From contig JBHLNS010000022.1 of NCBI GenBank assembly GCA_048941285.1, positions 1-50,279 of the forward strand: a stretch of 50,279 bases of DNA, read 5' to 3'. Under the pieces are notes generated by a model. It ran no database searches. It was given only the letters and a program-made list of their open reading frames with translations, and was not told the origin of the DNA. Of the stretch, positions 37,759-48,609 are shown piece by piece. How positions within the stretch are numbered: position 1 is the stretch's first letter; each line of letters starts with the position of its first letter. This stretch comes from Promethearchaeota archaeon (lineage in GTDB: Archaea; Asgardarchaeota; Lokiarchaeia; Sigyniarchaeales; SOKP01). The translations under genes were made by a program, and so were the position numbers.

Positions 37759-39219
37759 CTATTCTTCAAAACATAAGACTCCAGGATTTAAAATATTATT
37801 AGGATCAAAAATTTTCTTCACTTTTTTTAGTGCTATTTGGGTAGAAGGCCCATGTCTCTTATAAACTTCCTTAGCCCATAAGCCATAAGGGCGATTAAAA
37901 AAAGCACCAGAATCCATTAACTGAATACTAATATTTAAAAACTTTTCCTTAATTTCTAAAGTTTGTTTCTTATCATCAGGATTGTAATAAATATCAAATT
38001 CGCAGTGATAAGATGTTCCTTGGTTAATTGGCTGAATATAAACGCCTAAATCATTTGAAAATTGTTTATTTGCTAAAGATATGAATTGCTTAATTCTCTC
38101 ATAATTTGATATAAAAAATATATCTTGATATCCCCCATTCAATCGCAATCTCCAAGGATTGTGGTCAGCATTATTTACAAATTTTAAGATTTCATTTTCA
38201 TTTATTATTTTATATACGTTCAATTCAAGATGTTTTTCTCTGATAATATCTTGAATATCTTCTTGCAGATAAGATATCCTATCATATGCTAGATCGCCTT
38301 TTCCTGATATAATAAAGATTAAATTCCAATTGGGTAATTCTCCAGCTAAATCTTTAATATCGGTTGATTTTTCTTTAATTAAACAGGCTAAGTTAAGATT
38401 ATTTAGAATAAATAGCTCATCGCACAATCTATATTTTAAAAGTTCATGTTGAAAACCCAAGAGATCTTCAATTTTATCTGATTGAAAATGATATACTTTT
38501 TGCATTGTTGGAAATAATTCCAACTTTACTGTAGCCCAGGTAACAATTCCAATACTTCCTTGTGCTCCTTGTATAACCCTAAATGGACTAAATTGAGTAG
38601 GTCCCATTGGATTGACTTGAGCTTGTCCCGACTTTCTTTGTTGTTTAATACTCCCAGGTCCTGCTGCGGTTCCTGTCTTAAATAATTCACCATTTCCGAA
38701 ATAAACTTCAGTACAAAGTAATGGATCAGATGAATCCCACATATAACGTGGGATTGTGGGTGGTTCACGTTCAAGTGCTGCTGTAAGAACAGATTTTGAT
38801 GCTCTAGGGGATAAAGGCATTAATAACTTCAATCCTTTTTTACGTAAAAGAGGGATTAGGTCACCAAAAGTAACCCCAGGTTCAATCATAACTACTCTGT
38901 TTTTCCTATCAATATTAATAATTTTATTCAATTTAGAGAGGATTAATATAACCCCATTGTTATACCGTGAAATAGTATCACCATGATGTCTAGGACCTGA
39001 AGGAGAACTAACTGGAACAATAGAAAAGTTAAAGGAATTAGCTGCTTTTAAAATCTTTTGAATTTGCTTTCTATTTTTAGGCCAAATTATATATTTTGGA
39101 TAATTCTTGGGTAAAAAACTTAAATCTTCTGAAAATTCTTCAAGCAAAGTAGAATCATTTGAAATATTTTTTAAACCACAAATTTTAACTAATTCAGTGT
39201 GTATCTGATCTTCACTCAT
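37759..39219 (-). CDS. FAD-binding oxidoreductase (VAO/GlcD family)
   Basis: L..LNKI..ID, IEPGVTF, G.QGS.GIVT, KK.FDPNNILNPG. Confidence 0.88.
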   Translation of the reverse strand: MSEDQIHTELVKICGLKNISNDSTLLEEFSEDLSFLPKNYPKYIIWPKNRKQIQKILKAANSFNFSIVPVSSPSGPRHHGDTISRYNNGVILILSKLNKIINIDRKNRVVMIEPGVTFGDLIPLLRKKGLKLLMPLSPRASKSVLTAALEREPPTIPRYMWDSSDPLLCTEVYFGNGELFKTGTAAGPGSIKQQRKSGQAQVNPMGPTQFSPFRVIQGAQGSIGIVTWATVKLELFPTMQKVYHFQSDKIEDLLGFQHELLKYRLCDELFILNNLNLACLIKEKSTDIKDLAGELPNWNLIFIISGKGDLAYDRISYLQEDIQDIIREKHLELNVYKIINENEILKFVNNADHNPWRLRLNGGYQDIFFISNYERIKQFISLANKQFSNDLGVYIQPINQGTSYHCEFDIYYNPDDKKQTLEIKEKFLNISIQLMDSGAFFNRPYGLWAKEVYKRHGPSTQIALKKVKKIFDPNNILNPGVLCFEE

Positions 39220-39363
39220 CTTTATTAAAAAAAAGCTATTTCTTTCTTCTTAAAATACTTCCATCTATTAAGATATTTTTATTCAAAAAAATAAAACTTT
39301 ATTTAATACATAAGCATTATTAAACAATTATATTTTTTTAAAGAATTATTTAAGGAAATTCAG

Positions 39364-40773
39364 ATGAAAAATTATGATCTCATAATAGTGGGTGCTGGAC
39401 CAGGAGGATCTGTAGCAGCAAAAACTGCCTCTGAAAATGGTCTAAAAACTATCTTTTTTGAGCGTAGTCGTAAACCTGGAGAAAAAAATTCCTCAGGTTG
39501 TGGTTTAGGACCTAGAATGTTTAGAGATTTTCCTGAAATGATGAAAAGTTTAACTCCTGACATTTGTCCTTCAATGAGAGCTGGAACTGCTTCACGTAAT
39601 TATTTTGTAAATAAAGATGACATCGTAGCTGGTTATATTATGGCTCGTCCAACAGAATCTGTTTCATATGAACCCGCAAAGTCATGGATTACTATGAATG
39701 TTTATCGGAGTGAGTTTGATCCTTGGATTTCTAAATTTGCTACTGATGCTGGTGCTGAATTAAAGACTTCAACTTTAATTGTTGATTTATTAAAAGAAAA
39801 TGGTAGTGTGTGTGGTGTTATTGATGAAAAAGGAGAGAAATATAGTGCTTCTATTGTTATTGGTGCGGATGGTGTCATATCAACTATAGCACAAAAATCT
39901 GGATTAAGAACAAAATGGCCACAAAATCAAGTTACATTAGTGCCACAATATGATTTTCAGGCACCCTCAGAAAAAATTGATGATATTATGGGTGATGAAA
40001 CATTAGGTATATGGTGGGGATCAAACTTTCCAGCATCATATCAAGTTTTTTTTAATGATGGTTTTCATCAAGGATTAGGCAACTGGATGAATTGGTGGGA
40101 TAAAAATCCATTATATTATTTAAACCGTGTTGTTAATCTCAAATATTATCAAAGATTGTTAAAAATATTGGATGCTAAACCACGTGAGCTTCAAGCGCAC
40201 CTACTTCCTTGGTTAGATTATCCTTATAATACTCATACCGATGGAGTTATATTAATAGGGGATGCTGGTGGGTTTCCATGTCCACTTGAAGCAGAAGGAA
40301 TATATCCTGCTATGGTAACAGGAAAAATAGCAGCAGAGGTAGCTTCTGATTCAATATCTTCTGGAAATGTGTCAAGGGCAAATCTTAAAAAATTTGATGA
40401 AGAATGGCAAAAAACTAGTATTGGTAAAGAGTTTGAGGCTGGCTTTGAGTTATGGAATATATGGAAAGCTTTGCCATTTAGCCCAAAAGAAACCATGTCT
40501 TGGTTTGTACCAATGATAATGGAAATCATTGGAGGAATATTTGATTGGTCACAACCTCATGCTTTAAGAGTGCGTCAAATTATAAGGCACGTAAGATCAT
40601 ATTTACCTAAAGCAACACCTTTTATAATGGCATACGTATTTCCTTTATTAACCAAGGTTTTTGAGGATGATTTAGATAAATTAATAGATCCTAAGAAGAT
40701 TATGAAAGTTTTACCTAAACTTTTGGATTTATTACCACAGAAAAAGAAGAAGAGAGGTGTTCAACAAAAATGA
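39364..40773 (+). CDS. FixC/geranylgeranyl reductase family flavoprotein
   Basis: YDLIIVGAGPGG, ER...PG.KN.SG, R.EFD.W, GADG, IGDAGG.......EGI. Confidence 0.85.
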   Translation: MKNYDLIIVGAGPGGSVAAKTASENGLKTIFFERSRKPGEKNSSGCGLGPRMFRDFPEMMKSLTPDICPSMRAGTASRNYFVNKDDIVAGYIMARPTESVSYEPAKSWITMNVYRSEFDPWISKFATDAGAELKTSTLIVDLLKENGSVCGVIDEKGEKYSASIVIGADGVISTIAQKSGLRTKWPQNQVTLVPQYDFQAPSEKIDDIMGDETLGIWWGSNFPASYQVFFNDGFHQGLGNWMNWWDKNPLYYLNRVVNLKYYQRLLKILDAKPRELQAHLLPWLDYPYNTHTDGVILIGDAGGFPCPLEAEGIYPAMVTGKIAAEVASDSISSGNVSRANLKKFDEEWQKTSIGKEFEAGFELWNIWKALPFSPKETMSWFVPMIMEIIGGIFDWSQPHALRVRQIIRHVRSYLPKATPFIMAYVFPLLTKVFEDDLDKLIDPKKIMKVLPKLLDLLPQKKKKRGVQQK

Positions 40774-41039
40774 ATATAGAACTACAAGGATTAACCAAAC
40801 GAATTTCAGGTACGGGTGACTTCATTTCAATAGATTATAATAAATGTAATAATTGTGAACGTTGTTTGGTTATATGTATTATGAATTTGTGGCGCAAAAA
40901 AGAAGGAAAAGTCTATATTATTGACGAATATCAATCAAAATGTTTAGAGTGTGCTGCTTGTTACCAAGTTTGTGATGCTGGTGCAATAATATTTCAATAC
41001 CCTAAAGGTGGTACAGGAATAGTCATTGAAAAAGGGTAG
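40770..41039 (+). CDS. FixX-like 4Fe-4S ferredoxin
   Basis: CNNCERCLVIC and CLECAACYQVC, plus YPKGG.G. 4-nt ATGA overlap with the upstream gene. Confidence 0.88.
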   Translation: MNIELQGLTKRISGTGDFISIDYNKCNNCERCLVICIMNLWRKKEGKVYIIDEYQSKCLECAACYQVCDAGAIIFQYPKGGTGIVIEKG

Positions 41040-41233
41040 ATTAAATTTGAAAGGCAAATCAACAATTATTTATGAATTATATAACTATTAGGAAAATATT
41101 ATGAAAAATGCCATTCGAAAGGAAAAGTAGTGAAAATATTACATAATTAATCTTGTAAGTTAACAATAATATGAACTTAACTATATACAAACATTAATCA
41201 GAATTAATTTTATTTAACATTAATCTCTTAAAA

Positions 41234-42178
41234 TTGAGTTTAAACATGATAATAAAACCTCATCGAATTGATATTCATCATCATATTCTCCCTCCTGAGT
41301 ATCTATCATCATTAGCTACGATTGGTGTTAGTACTGTTACTAATGTATCTTTCCCTAAATGGGATCCAGAATATAGTCTTGAGTTTATGGATCGGCAAGG
41401 CATTGCAGCAGCAATAACATCAATATCTTCTCCAGGAATTTATTTTGGAGATCCAAAATTTACTAGAAATCTCGCGCGTGTTTGTAATGAATATTCTGCT
41501 AATTTAATAAGTAAATATCCAAAGCAGTTTGGTGGATTTGCTATATTACCTCTTCCTGATATTGAGGCATCATTGGTTGAATTAGAGTACGCTTTAGACA
41601 CATTAAAATTAAATGGTGTAGGAATGCTCACTAATTTTAATGGTAAATACATCGGTGATCCTGAATTTGAAGACCTTTTTTCTGAACTAAATCAGCGAAA
41701 AACAATAGTTTTCATTCATCCAGATATTCCTCCTGAAGAAAAGTTACCCAATCTTAATTTCCCTTCCGCAATTTTAGAATTTGTTTTTGATACAACACGA
41801 GCAATAGCAAATCTCATGCATCATGGTATTTTTGAAAGATATCCTAATATTAAGTTTATTTTCGCTCATGCTGGAGGAACAGCACCCTATATTGCATGGA
41901 GGATTTCCTTTGGAAATAAAAAATTGATTCATCAATTCAAAAGTCTTTATTATGGTACAGCGCTGTCTGCTACTAAGATTGTTTTCCAATCTTTGATGGA
42001 ATTAGTAGATCATTCCCATATCCTCTTTGGGAGTGATTTTCCATTTGTTCATGAAATTACTATAAAAAAAATGATTCGAGAAATTGTAAACTACAGCGAG
42101 GTTGATAAACAAAAATGTTTAGATATTGAACAGAAAAATGCATTATCACTTTTTCCACAATTTAAATCTATTATATAG
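41234..42178 (+). CDS. Amidohydrolase_2 family (ACMSD/aromatic decarboxylase-like) protein
   Basis: IDIHHH, FIHP, FDTTRA, AHAGG..P and LFGSDFPF. ATG 41246 is a likely start. Confidence 0.87.
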   Translation: MSLNMIIKPHRIDIHHHILPPEYLSSLATIGVSTVTNVSFPKWDPEYSLEFMDRQGIAAAITSISSPGIYFGDPKFTRNLARVCNEYSANLISKYPKQFGGFAILPLPDIEASLVELEYALDTLKLNGVGMLTNFNGKYIGDPEFEDLFSELNQRKTIVFIHPDIPPEEKLPNLNFPSAILEFVFDTTRAIANLMHHGIFERYPNIKFIFAHAGGTAPYIAWRISFGNKKLIHQFKSLYYGTALSATKIVFQSLMELVDHSHILFGSDFPFVHEITIKKMIREIVNYSEVDKQKCLDIEQKNALSLFPQFKSII

Positions 42179-42217
42179 ATAATTCTTAAATATTTAAAAA
42201 AAAAGAATATCACCAAA

Positions 42218-42328
42218 AATCCATTAACAATTATGTTTTTCACACCTCATGCTGATGATATTGAACTTGGAATCAAGGTTTATTATACCTTTTTAAAAGT
42301 AAAAATCTGGGGCTACAAGAAATTTTAA
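42218..42328 (+). pseudogene. Remnant of a PIG-L family deacetylase N-terminus
   Basis: Frame reads NPLTIMFFTPHADDIELG (PHxDDxExG motif), then loses similarity and stops at 42328. Confidence 0.55.
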
Positions 42329-42372
42329 AATCGTACAATCCAAGAAGTTAGCTTAATACAGACATAAAGGAA

Positions 42373-43353
42373 TTAAATGTATTGAGCTTTATTAACTGAG
42401 TTAAGTACTTCCATATTTCTCCCTTTAATCATTTCTATTGATTCTTGGCGAGCTAAGCCTAGATATTGTCTTGGTTCAATATGATCTGGGTGATCATACA
42501 AATATTTTCGTATCATAGCAGTAAAAACTATTCTAAAATCTGTCGCAATATTAATCTTACAAACTCCATATTTTGTTGCTTTCTTAAGTTGGTATTCAGG
42601 AATTCCAAAAGCATTAACTACTTTTCCGCCATTTTCATTGATAATCTTTAGATAGGTATTAGGGATGGACGATGAACCATGTAAAACAATAGGATATTTA
42701 CCTAATCTTTCTCTTACTTCTTGAAGTATATCAAAACGTAAATCAGGAATATCTTCCTCTTTTTCAACTTTAAATTTATAAGCTCCGTGGGATGTTCCTA
42801 TAGCAATAGCTAAAGAATCACAATTTGTCTTATCAACAAAATCTTCAACTTGTTTAGGATCGGTATAATAATGTTTGACCTCTTTTACTTGATCCTCGAT
42901 GCCTGCAATCACTCCTAATTCAGCTTCTACACATACATCTTTTTCATGAGCATATTGAACAATTTTTTTGGTTATACTAACATTTTCGTCATATTTTAAA
43001 TGGCTACCATCAAACATAACACTTGAAAATCCATTGTCTATAGAATTTTTAGCTAATTCAAATGAATTTCCGTGGTCAAGATGTAAAGCTATTGGGATAT
43101 CATACCCTAATTCTTTCGCCATTTCTACTGCTCCTTGTCCCATATATCGAACCATGACGGGATTAGCATACTTTCCAGCACTTGGGCTATTTTGAAGGAT
43201 AACCGGGGAATTTGTTTCTCCACAACCAATAATAATTGCTTGTAATTGTTCTAAATTGCTGAAATTATATCCTGGAACTGCAAAATTTCTTTCTAAGGCA
43301 ACTTCAAACATTCTTTTTGTATTCGATAATCCTAATTCTTTAAAAGACACCAT
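42373..43353 (-). CDS. fba: Fructose-1,6-bisphosphate aldolase, class II
   Basis: ALHLDHG, FSSVMFDGSH, VEAELG, AIGTSHGAYK, VLHGSS, KINI.TD. Confidence 0.95.
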   Translation of the reverse strand: MVSFKELGLSNTKRMFEVALERNFAVPGYNFSNLEQLQAIIIGCGETNSPVILQNSPSAGKYANPVMVRYMGQGAVEMAKELGYDIPIALHLDHGNSFELAKNSIDNGFSSVMFDGSHLKYDENVSITKKIVQYAHEKDVCVEAELGVIAGIEDQVKEVKHYYTDPKQVEDFVDKTNCDSLAIAIGTSHGAYKFKVEKEEDIPDLRFDILQEVRERLGKYPIVLHGSSSIPNTYLKIINENGGKVVNAFGIPEYQLKKATKYGVCKINIATDFRIVFTAMIRKYLYDHPDHIEPRQYLGLARQESIEMIKGRNMEVLNSVNKAQYI

Positions 43354-43482
43354 AAATATTGGTCACAATCTATTAAACAATTGAAATTAAAACAATCGTA
43401 ATATGAATAGAGATGACAATATCTATTTAAAGTTATTTTCAAAAAAAAATAGAAATGTTGTTAGTAAATTGTTATGAGCCAT

Positions 43483-44376
43483 TTAAGCTGATAAAGTTAT
43501 ATTCAATTTCCTTTTTAATTCCTTATAGCGTGAACGAAGAGTTACTTCGGTAACTCCGATTACTTGTACAATTTGTTGTTGCGTAACTTCTTTATCTTTA
43601 AGTCTACATGCTAAATATATTGCTCCAGCACATAAGCCCTTTGGATCTTTTCCACCAATAGAGAATTTTGATCTATATGCATTAAGAATTTTAGTGGTTA
43701 ATTGCTCAATTTCAGAGTTTAATCTTAAATCTGACATGTATTTTGGAATAAGATTTACAGGATTTGTAGATGGTGGGTTTAATTTCAATTCTCGAATTAA
43801 TGTTGTGTAGCTTCTCCGTACATCTTTAGCATTTACGGATGCTTCATTCAATATTTCTTGAAGGGTTCTAGGAAGTTTTTTCCTTTTACATGCTAAATAA
43901 AGACAAGCAGCAACCATGGCATTAATAGATCTTCCTCTTAATAATTTCTTTTTAAAAGCTTCTATATAAAGACGCATTGCATCTTCCCTTACATAATTAG
44001 GTAAATTCAAAATGGTACTAATTCTTTTTAATTCTGTAGATGCAATTAATAAATTTCTTTTTTGCCATGTTATACGTGTGTTCCACTTAGCAGCTCTTTT
44101 TAAATCAGGACTACTTATCTTTTTTTTATCTATAACTGTACTCAACCCCATATCTGGTAGTAAGATTGAAATTGGAGCCCCCGTTTGCTCTCTACTAAGC
44201 TTTTCTTGCTTAGTATATGCTCTCCTACCATTATGTGAAAAATCAACATTTTTTTCATGAATAACTAAACCACATTGATTACATACAACATCTCCAGTAT
44301 TAATCAATGGAATTATTGAGCCCCCACATTCGGGACATAGATTTAAATATTCATTATTTTTAATTTTAACATCCAT
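43483..44376 (-). CDS. tfb: Transcription initiation factor IIB
   Basis: CPECG...CNQCG zinc ribbon; RGRS..A..AACLYLAC; GKDP.GL.AGAIY.A; GVTEVTLR.RYKEL. Confidence 0.95.
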   Translation of the reverse strand: MDVKIKNNEYLNLCPECGGSIIPLINTGDVVCNQCGLVIHEKNVDFSHNGRRAYTKQEKLSREQTGAPISILLPDMGLSTVIDKKKISSPDLKRAAKWNTRITWQKRNLLIASTELKRISTILNLPNYVREDAMRLYIEAFKKKLLRGRSINAMVAACLYLACKRKKLPRTLQEILNEASVNAKDVRRSYTTLIRELKLNPPSTNPVNLIPKYMSDLRLNSEIEQLTTKILNAYRSKFSIGGKDPKGLCAGAIYLACRLKDKEVTQQQIVQVIGVTEVTLRSRYKELKRKLNITLSA

Positions 44377-44416
44377 TATATTATCCTCATTATCTTATTT
44401 TTTTTAAATATAATAA

Positions 44417-44437
44417 AAGAATTGTAGACCAATTCTT
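44417..44437. promoter_or_regulatory. Perfect inverted repeat between dnaJ and tfb
   Basis: AAGAATTG-tagac-CAATTCTT, 40 nt upstream of the tfb ATG. Confidence 0.45.
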
Positions 44438-44491
44438 ACATTCCCTCTATTTTTTTTCATTTTTTATTTTATTACAATTATCCATATTTAT

Positions 44492-45502
44492 TTATAAACC
44501 CACAGCCTGTAATTTTTGTAATAAACTTTTCTGGTTTTTGTTCAATTTATCAGGAACTTTGATTTTAATTTTAATCAATAAATTTCCTCTTTGATCTGAA
44601 TTGATTTTATAAAATCCTTGATTTTTTAATCTTAATAATGAAGAATCATTGGTTCCTGGAGGAACAGTAACGTTTAAAGTTTTTTCTACCCCAGAGACTT
44701 GAACTTTTCCTCCAAGTGTAGCTGTTGTATAAGGAACTTCTTGTTCTATATAAATGTCATCATCTCTTCTTTCAAATTTTGGATGCCTTCTTATATGTAT
44801 AGCAATATATAGATCACCAGGAGATCCTCCGTTTTCTCCTAACATTCCCTTCCCTTTTAAACGTAATTTTTGATCATCCTTTACCCCTCTTGGAATGTTT
44901 ACATTTATAGTCTTCATCTCACCCGTGGTTGGATCTTTATATTGAACTTTTTTCTTACCTCCATAATATGCATCCATAAAATCTATTTCCATATCATACC
45001 TTAAATCATCCCCTTCTCTAGGGAGATTACTATAACTTGGAGATCTTGCTCGGGTGCTTCCTCCTCCTCTCCTATTAAAAACATCAAAAATATCTCCTAA
45101 ATCATTAAAAAAGTCAAATCCTCCCATCCCACTCCTGGAATTAGCCCCATTCCCAAAAATTTCATTGAAATTGAACCCTTCAGGAGTTCCGGAGGTGGAA
45201 TAATAATAAGTGGTACCATCTGGGCTTCTTTGAACTCTTGCACCACCTGGTGCTCCTCCCCAATTTTGATATGTTGAAGAATCTCCTTCTACAACACCAA
45301 ATTTATCATACATTTCTCTCTTTTTGTCATCGCTTAAAATACTATATGCCTCATTTACCTCTTTAAACTTTTCTCCCGATTTTGGTTCATCTGGATTAAC
45401 ATCAGGATGATATTTACGAGCCATTTTACGGAATGCTCTTTTGATCTCTTCTTTTGAAGCTCCTTTCTCAATCCCTAGTATTTGATAATAGTCTTTTGCC
45501 AT
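44492..45502 (-). CDS. dnaJ: DnaJ-class co-chaperone (class II, no zinc finger)
   Basis: J-domain with HPD, G/F-rich region and C-terminal domain; no CxxCxGxG repeats. Confidence 0.93.
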   Translation of the reverse strand: MAKDYYQILGIEKGASKEEIKRAFRKMARKYHPDVNPDEPKSGEKFKEVNEAYSILSDDKKREMYDKFGVVEGDSSTYQNWGGAPGGARVQRSPDGTTYYYSTSGTPEGFNFNEIFGNGANSRSGMGGFDFFNDLGDIFDVFNRRGGGSTRARSPSYSNLPREGDDLRYDMEIDFMDAYYGGKKKVQYKDPTTGEMKTINVNIPRGVKDDQKLRLKGKGMLGENGGSPGDLYIAIHIRRHPKFERRDDDIYIEQEVPYTTATLGGKVQVSGVEKTLNVTVPPGTNDSSLLRLKNQGFYKINSDQRGNLLIKIKIKVPDKLNKNQKSLLQKLQAVGL

Positions 45503-45571
45503 ATTTAATAACCTCTAAATAAAAATAATTTATAACTTAAATCTTAAAAAAAAATTAAAAAAAAATTGAAC

Positions 45572-47476
45572 TTAATCATATTCGGCATCTACTACGCTAT
45601 CATCTTGGCCTGTAGCTTTTCTAAATTGTTCCTCTTCAATTTCATCTTGTGTTTTTCCTTTATACCCATATGATGCTCCTGGCATATCTCCCATACCTCC
45701 TGGTGGACCGCCTTGATAAGCTCCAGAGCCTTGTTGCTGACCGTACATACGAGATGAAACTTCATGTAATGAATTTTGAAGAGCCTCAGCAGCACTTTTA
45801 ATTCTACTGACATCATCTGATTCCATTGCACTTCTTAAATCAGAAATTTTACTAAGTATTTTTGATTTCAAATCGCCGATAACACTTTCATTTTCTTTCA
45901 AAAGCTTCTCTGTTTGATATATTAATGATTCTCCTTGATTTTTAGCTTCAGTTAATTCTTTGAATTTTCTATCTTCTTCGGCATGTTGTTCAGCTTCTCT
46001 TATTTTTTGCTCAATATCATTATCAGACATCTTAGTCGATGCTGTCACCGTTATCGATTGACTTTTTCCAGTTCCTTTGTCTTTTGCCGAAACATTTAGA
46101 ATTCCATTTTGATCAATATCAAATGATACTTCAATCTGTGGCATACCTCTTGGAGCAGGGGGAATACCAGTCAAATGAAATTTACCTAATGTTATATTAT
46201 CAGCTGCTCTTGGCCTTTCACCTTGTAATACATGAATTTCTACTGCTGGTTGATTATCTGCCGCTGTTGAGAAGATCTCAGTCTTTTTAGTTGGAATCGT
46301 AGTGTTTCTTTCAATTAGTTTAGTAAAAACTCCACCTAAAGTTTCAACTCCTAATGATAATGGTGTCACATCGAGTAGTAATAGATCTTGGACTTCACCG
46401 GTTAATACCCCGCCTTGAACTGCAGCACCCATCGCAACACATTCCATTGGATCAATGCTACGTTCTGGTGTTTTTCCTAATAAATCCTCGAATTTCTTTT
46501 GAATAACAGGCATTCTTGTAGGCCCACCAACTAATATAATTTTATCAATTTCTCCTCTAGCTAGTCCCGCATCTCTTAAGGCTTTTAAAATAGATGTATC
46601 TAATCTACTTAAAACTGGTTCAATTAATTGCTCTAATTTAGCTCTCGTAAGTATCATATTCAGATGTTTAGGCCCTGTATTTGTCGCCGTAATATAGGGT
46701 AAATTTATATCAGTTGTAATCGATGTTGATAATTCAATTTTAGCTTTTTCTGCCGCTTCTTTTACTCTCTGCATAGCCATTGAGTCTCCTCTCAGATCTA
46801 CTCCTTCGGATTTCTGAAATTCTGATACAATATGATCAACAAGTATCTTATCCATATCTGTGCCTCCTAATTGAGTATCACCTGCAGTTGAAATCACTTC
46901 AAACACTTGATTATCCATTTCCATTATTGTAACATCAAAAGTACCACCACCAAGATCCAATACAGCAATTTTTAGTCTAGCATTTTTCTTATCCAATCCA
47001 TAAGCTACAGCCGCGGCAGTTGGTTCGTTAATTAAACGCTTAACATTTAATCCCGCGATCCTTCCTGCATCCTTAGTGGCTTGTCTTTGATTATCGTTAA
47101 AATAGGCTGGTACAGTAATAATAGCTTCAGTTACTTCTTCTCCTAAATAAGCACTAGCATCTTCCTTTATTTTTCTAAGAATCATGGCGGAAATCTCTTG
47201 AGGAGTATACTCCTTATTATCGATTCTTACTGTATATGAAGTACCCATTTTTCTCTTTATTGCTGTTATTGTACGATCTGGATTTGAGATCGCTTGCCTT
47301 CTCGCCGGTTCACCTACTAACCTCTGATCATCCTTCGTAAAAGCAACCACAGAAGGAAATGCTTTACCACCTAAAGTTAATCCTTCCGCACTTGGAATTA
47401 TTGTTGGTTTACCTCCAACTAATACAGCTGCTGCTGAATTTGATGTTCCTAAGTCAATTCCAATTATTTTTCCCAT
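45572..47476 (-). CDS. dnaK: Chaperone DnaK (Hsp70)
   Basis: [46 protein letters not shown]; VVDAEYD tail. Confidence 0.98.
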   Translation of the reverse strand: MGKIIGIDLGTSNSAAAVLVGGKPTIIPSAEGLTLGGKAFPSVVAFTKDDQRLVGEPARRQAISNPDRTITAIKRKMGTSYTVRIDNKEYTPQEISAMILRKIKEDASAYLGEEVTEAIITVPAYFNDNQRQATKDAGRIAGLNVKRLINEPTAAAVAYGLDKKNARLKIAVLDLGGGTFDVTIMEMDNQVFEVISTAGDTQLGGTDMDKILVDHIVSEFQKSEGVDLRGDSMAMQRVKEAAEKAKIELSTSITTDINLPYITATNTGPKHLNMILTRAKLEQLIEPVLSRLDTSILKALRDAGLARGEIDKIILVGGPTRMPVIQKKFEDLLGKTPERSIDPMECVAMGAAVQGGVLTGEVQDLLLLDVTPLSLGVETLGGVFTKLIERNTTIPTKKTEIFSTAADNQPAVEIHVLQGERPRAADNITLGKFHLTGIPPAPRGMPQIEVSFDIDQNGILNVSAKDKGTGKSQSITVTASTKMSDNDIEQKIREAEQHAEEDRKFKELTEAKNQGESLIYQTEKLLKENESVIGDLKSKILSKISDLRSAMESDDVSRIKSAAEALQNSLHEVSSRMYGQQQGSGAYQGGPPGGMGDMPGASYGYKGKTQDEIEEEQFRKATGQDDSVVDAEYD

Positions 47477-47534
47477 ATTTCATCACTCTTTTTTATTTTA
47501 ATTTTGATATTTTTTTGATTTTTTATAATAAATT

Positions 47535-48221
47535 TTATAATTTTGATTTTTTTGAGATTTTGACCTTTGCCGGTCGTAATACCTTATCTTTAAAATAATA
47601 ACCTTTAGTTAGTTCTTCTAAAATCGTATTTTGAGGGAGATCTTCAAGACCATCTTCCACTATTACCGCTTCATGTTTATATGGATCAAATTTCTGTCCT
47701 TCTGAATTCATTGGTCTGACACCTTCTTCATTAAGTATTTTTTCGAAATTCTTCACAATTATTTCAAAACCATTTTTAATACCGTCCATGTTATTAAAGA
47801 CTTTGAGTAAATTTAATGCTCGTATTAAATCATCATAATGATCAATTAACTTTTTTAAAATAACCTCCATGACATAGTCTCGATACCTGTCGTTTTCCCG
47901 CTCTGAACGCTTCTTATAGTTCTCAAAATCAGCGCGTACCCTTAGAAGTGAATTCATAAATTTTTCTTTTTCCTCCATTAATTCTTTGAATTTACGTCCA
48001 TCATCCTTCATATCATCAAGTTCCTTAAGCAATTTATCGTTCTGAGTTTTAATTTTCTTGTGTTCTTCTACTAACGCTTCATATTTCTCGGCCTTTGCTT
48101 TAAGTTGCTCAAAATCAGTTCTCGAAACTGAAATTTGATTTAATGCTCTACCCGCAGAAACGCGATTGTTTGTAATTCTGTCAAAATAATCTTCAAATAC
48201 CATAGTTCTTTTATCTCCCAT
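47535..48221 (-). CDS. grpE: Nucleotide exchange factor GrpE
   Basis: LR..ADFENYKKR, G..FDP..HEA, KGY...KVLRPAKV. Confidence 0.95.
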   Translation of the reverse strand: MGDKRTMVFEDYFDRITNNRVSAGRALNQISVSRTDFEQLKAKAEKYEALVEEHKKIKTQNDKLLKELDDMKDDGRKFKELMEEKEKFMNSLLRVRADFENYKKRSERENDRYRDYVMEVILKKLIDHYDDLIRALNLLKVFNNMDGIKNGFEIIVKNFEKILNEEGVRPMNSEGQKFDPYKHEAVIVEDGLEDLPQNTILEELTKGYYFKDKVLRPAKVKISKKSKL

Positions 48222-48347
48222 TTCTTTTATTAAATTTTAATTCGTTATTTCAATTTCTTTGATTGTAAAACCTCATTTTTTTTATGTAAGCTTTTGTTGT
48301 CAATCGGGGGTTTACATCAATATGTTATTATATAAGTATTAACTGAC

Positions 48348-48364
48348 ATATTTAAAGGTTGTGG
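48348..48364 (-). promoter_or_regulatory. Putative BRE-TATA promoter of the grpE-dnaK-dnaJ operon
   Basis: Minus strand CCACAAC-CTTTAAATAT about 130 nt upstream of the grpE ATG. Confidence 0.45.
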
Positions 48365-48609
48365 TTTTATGAAATAAAGGAGAAATTAAGTAGAGGTGTG
48401 TAAAATTAGTAAAAGAGAGAATTTTTTTTTAAAATAAATATGATGTTTATAACATAAATTATATGATTATTGAACCTTAGAAGTCTGTTCATCAGCTTTT
48501 TTGGTTCCTAATAGGTTATATCTGTTTAAAAATTCATTCATAAATCTTGTTTCACATTTCATTACTAAAAAATAAAAAAATAATACCCTTTTTGATTTTA
48601 TTCTATGAT

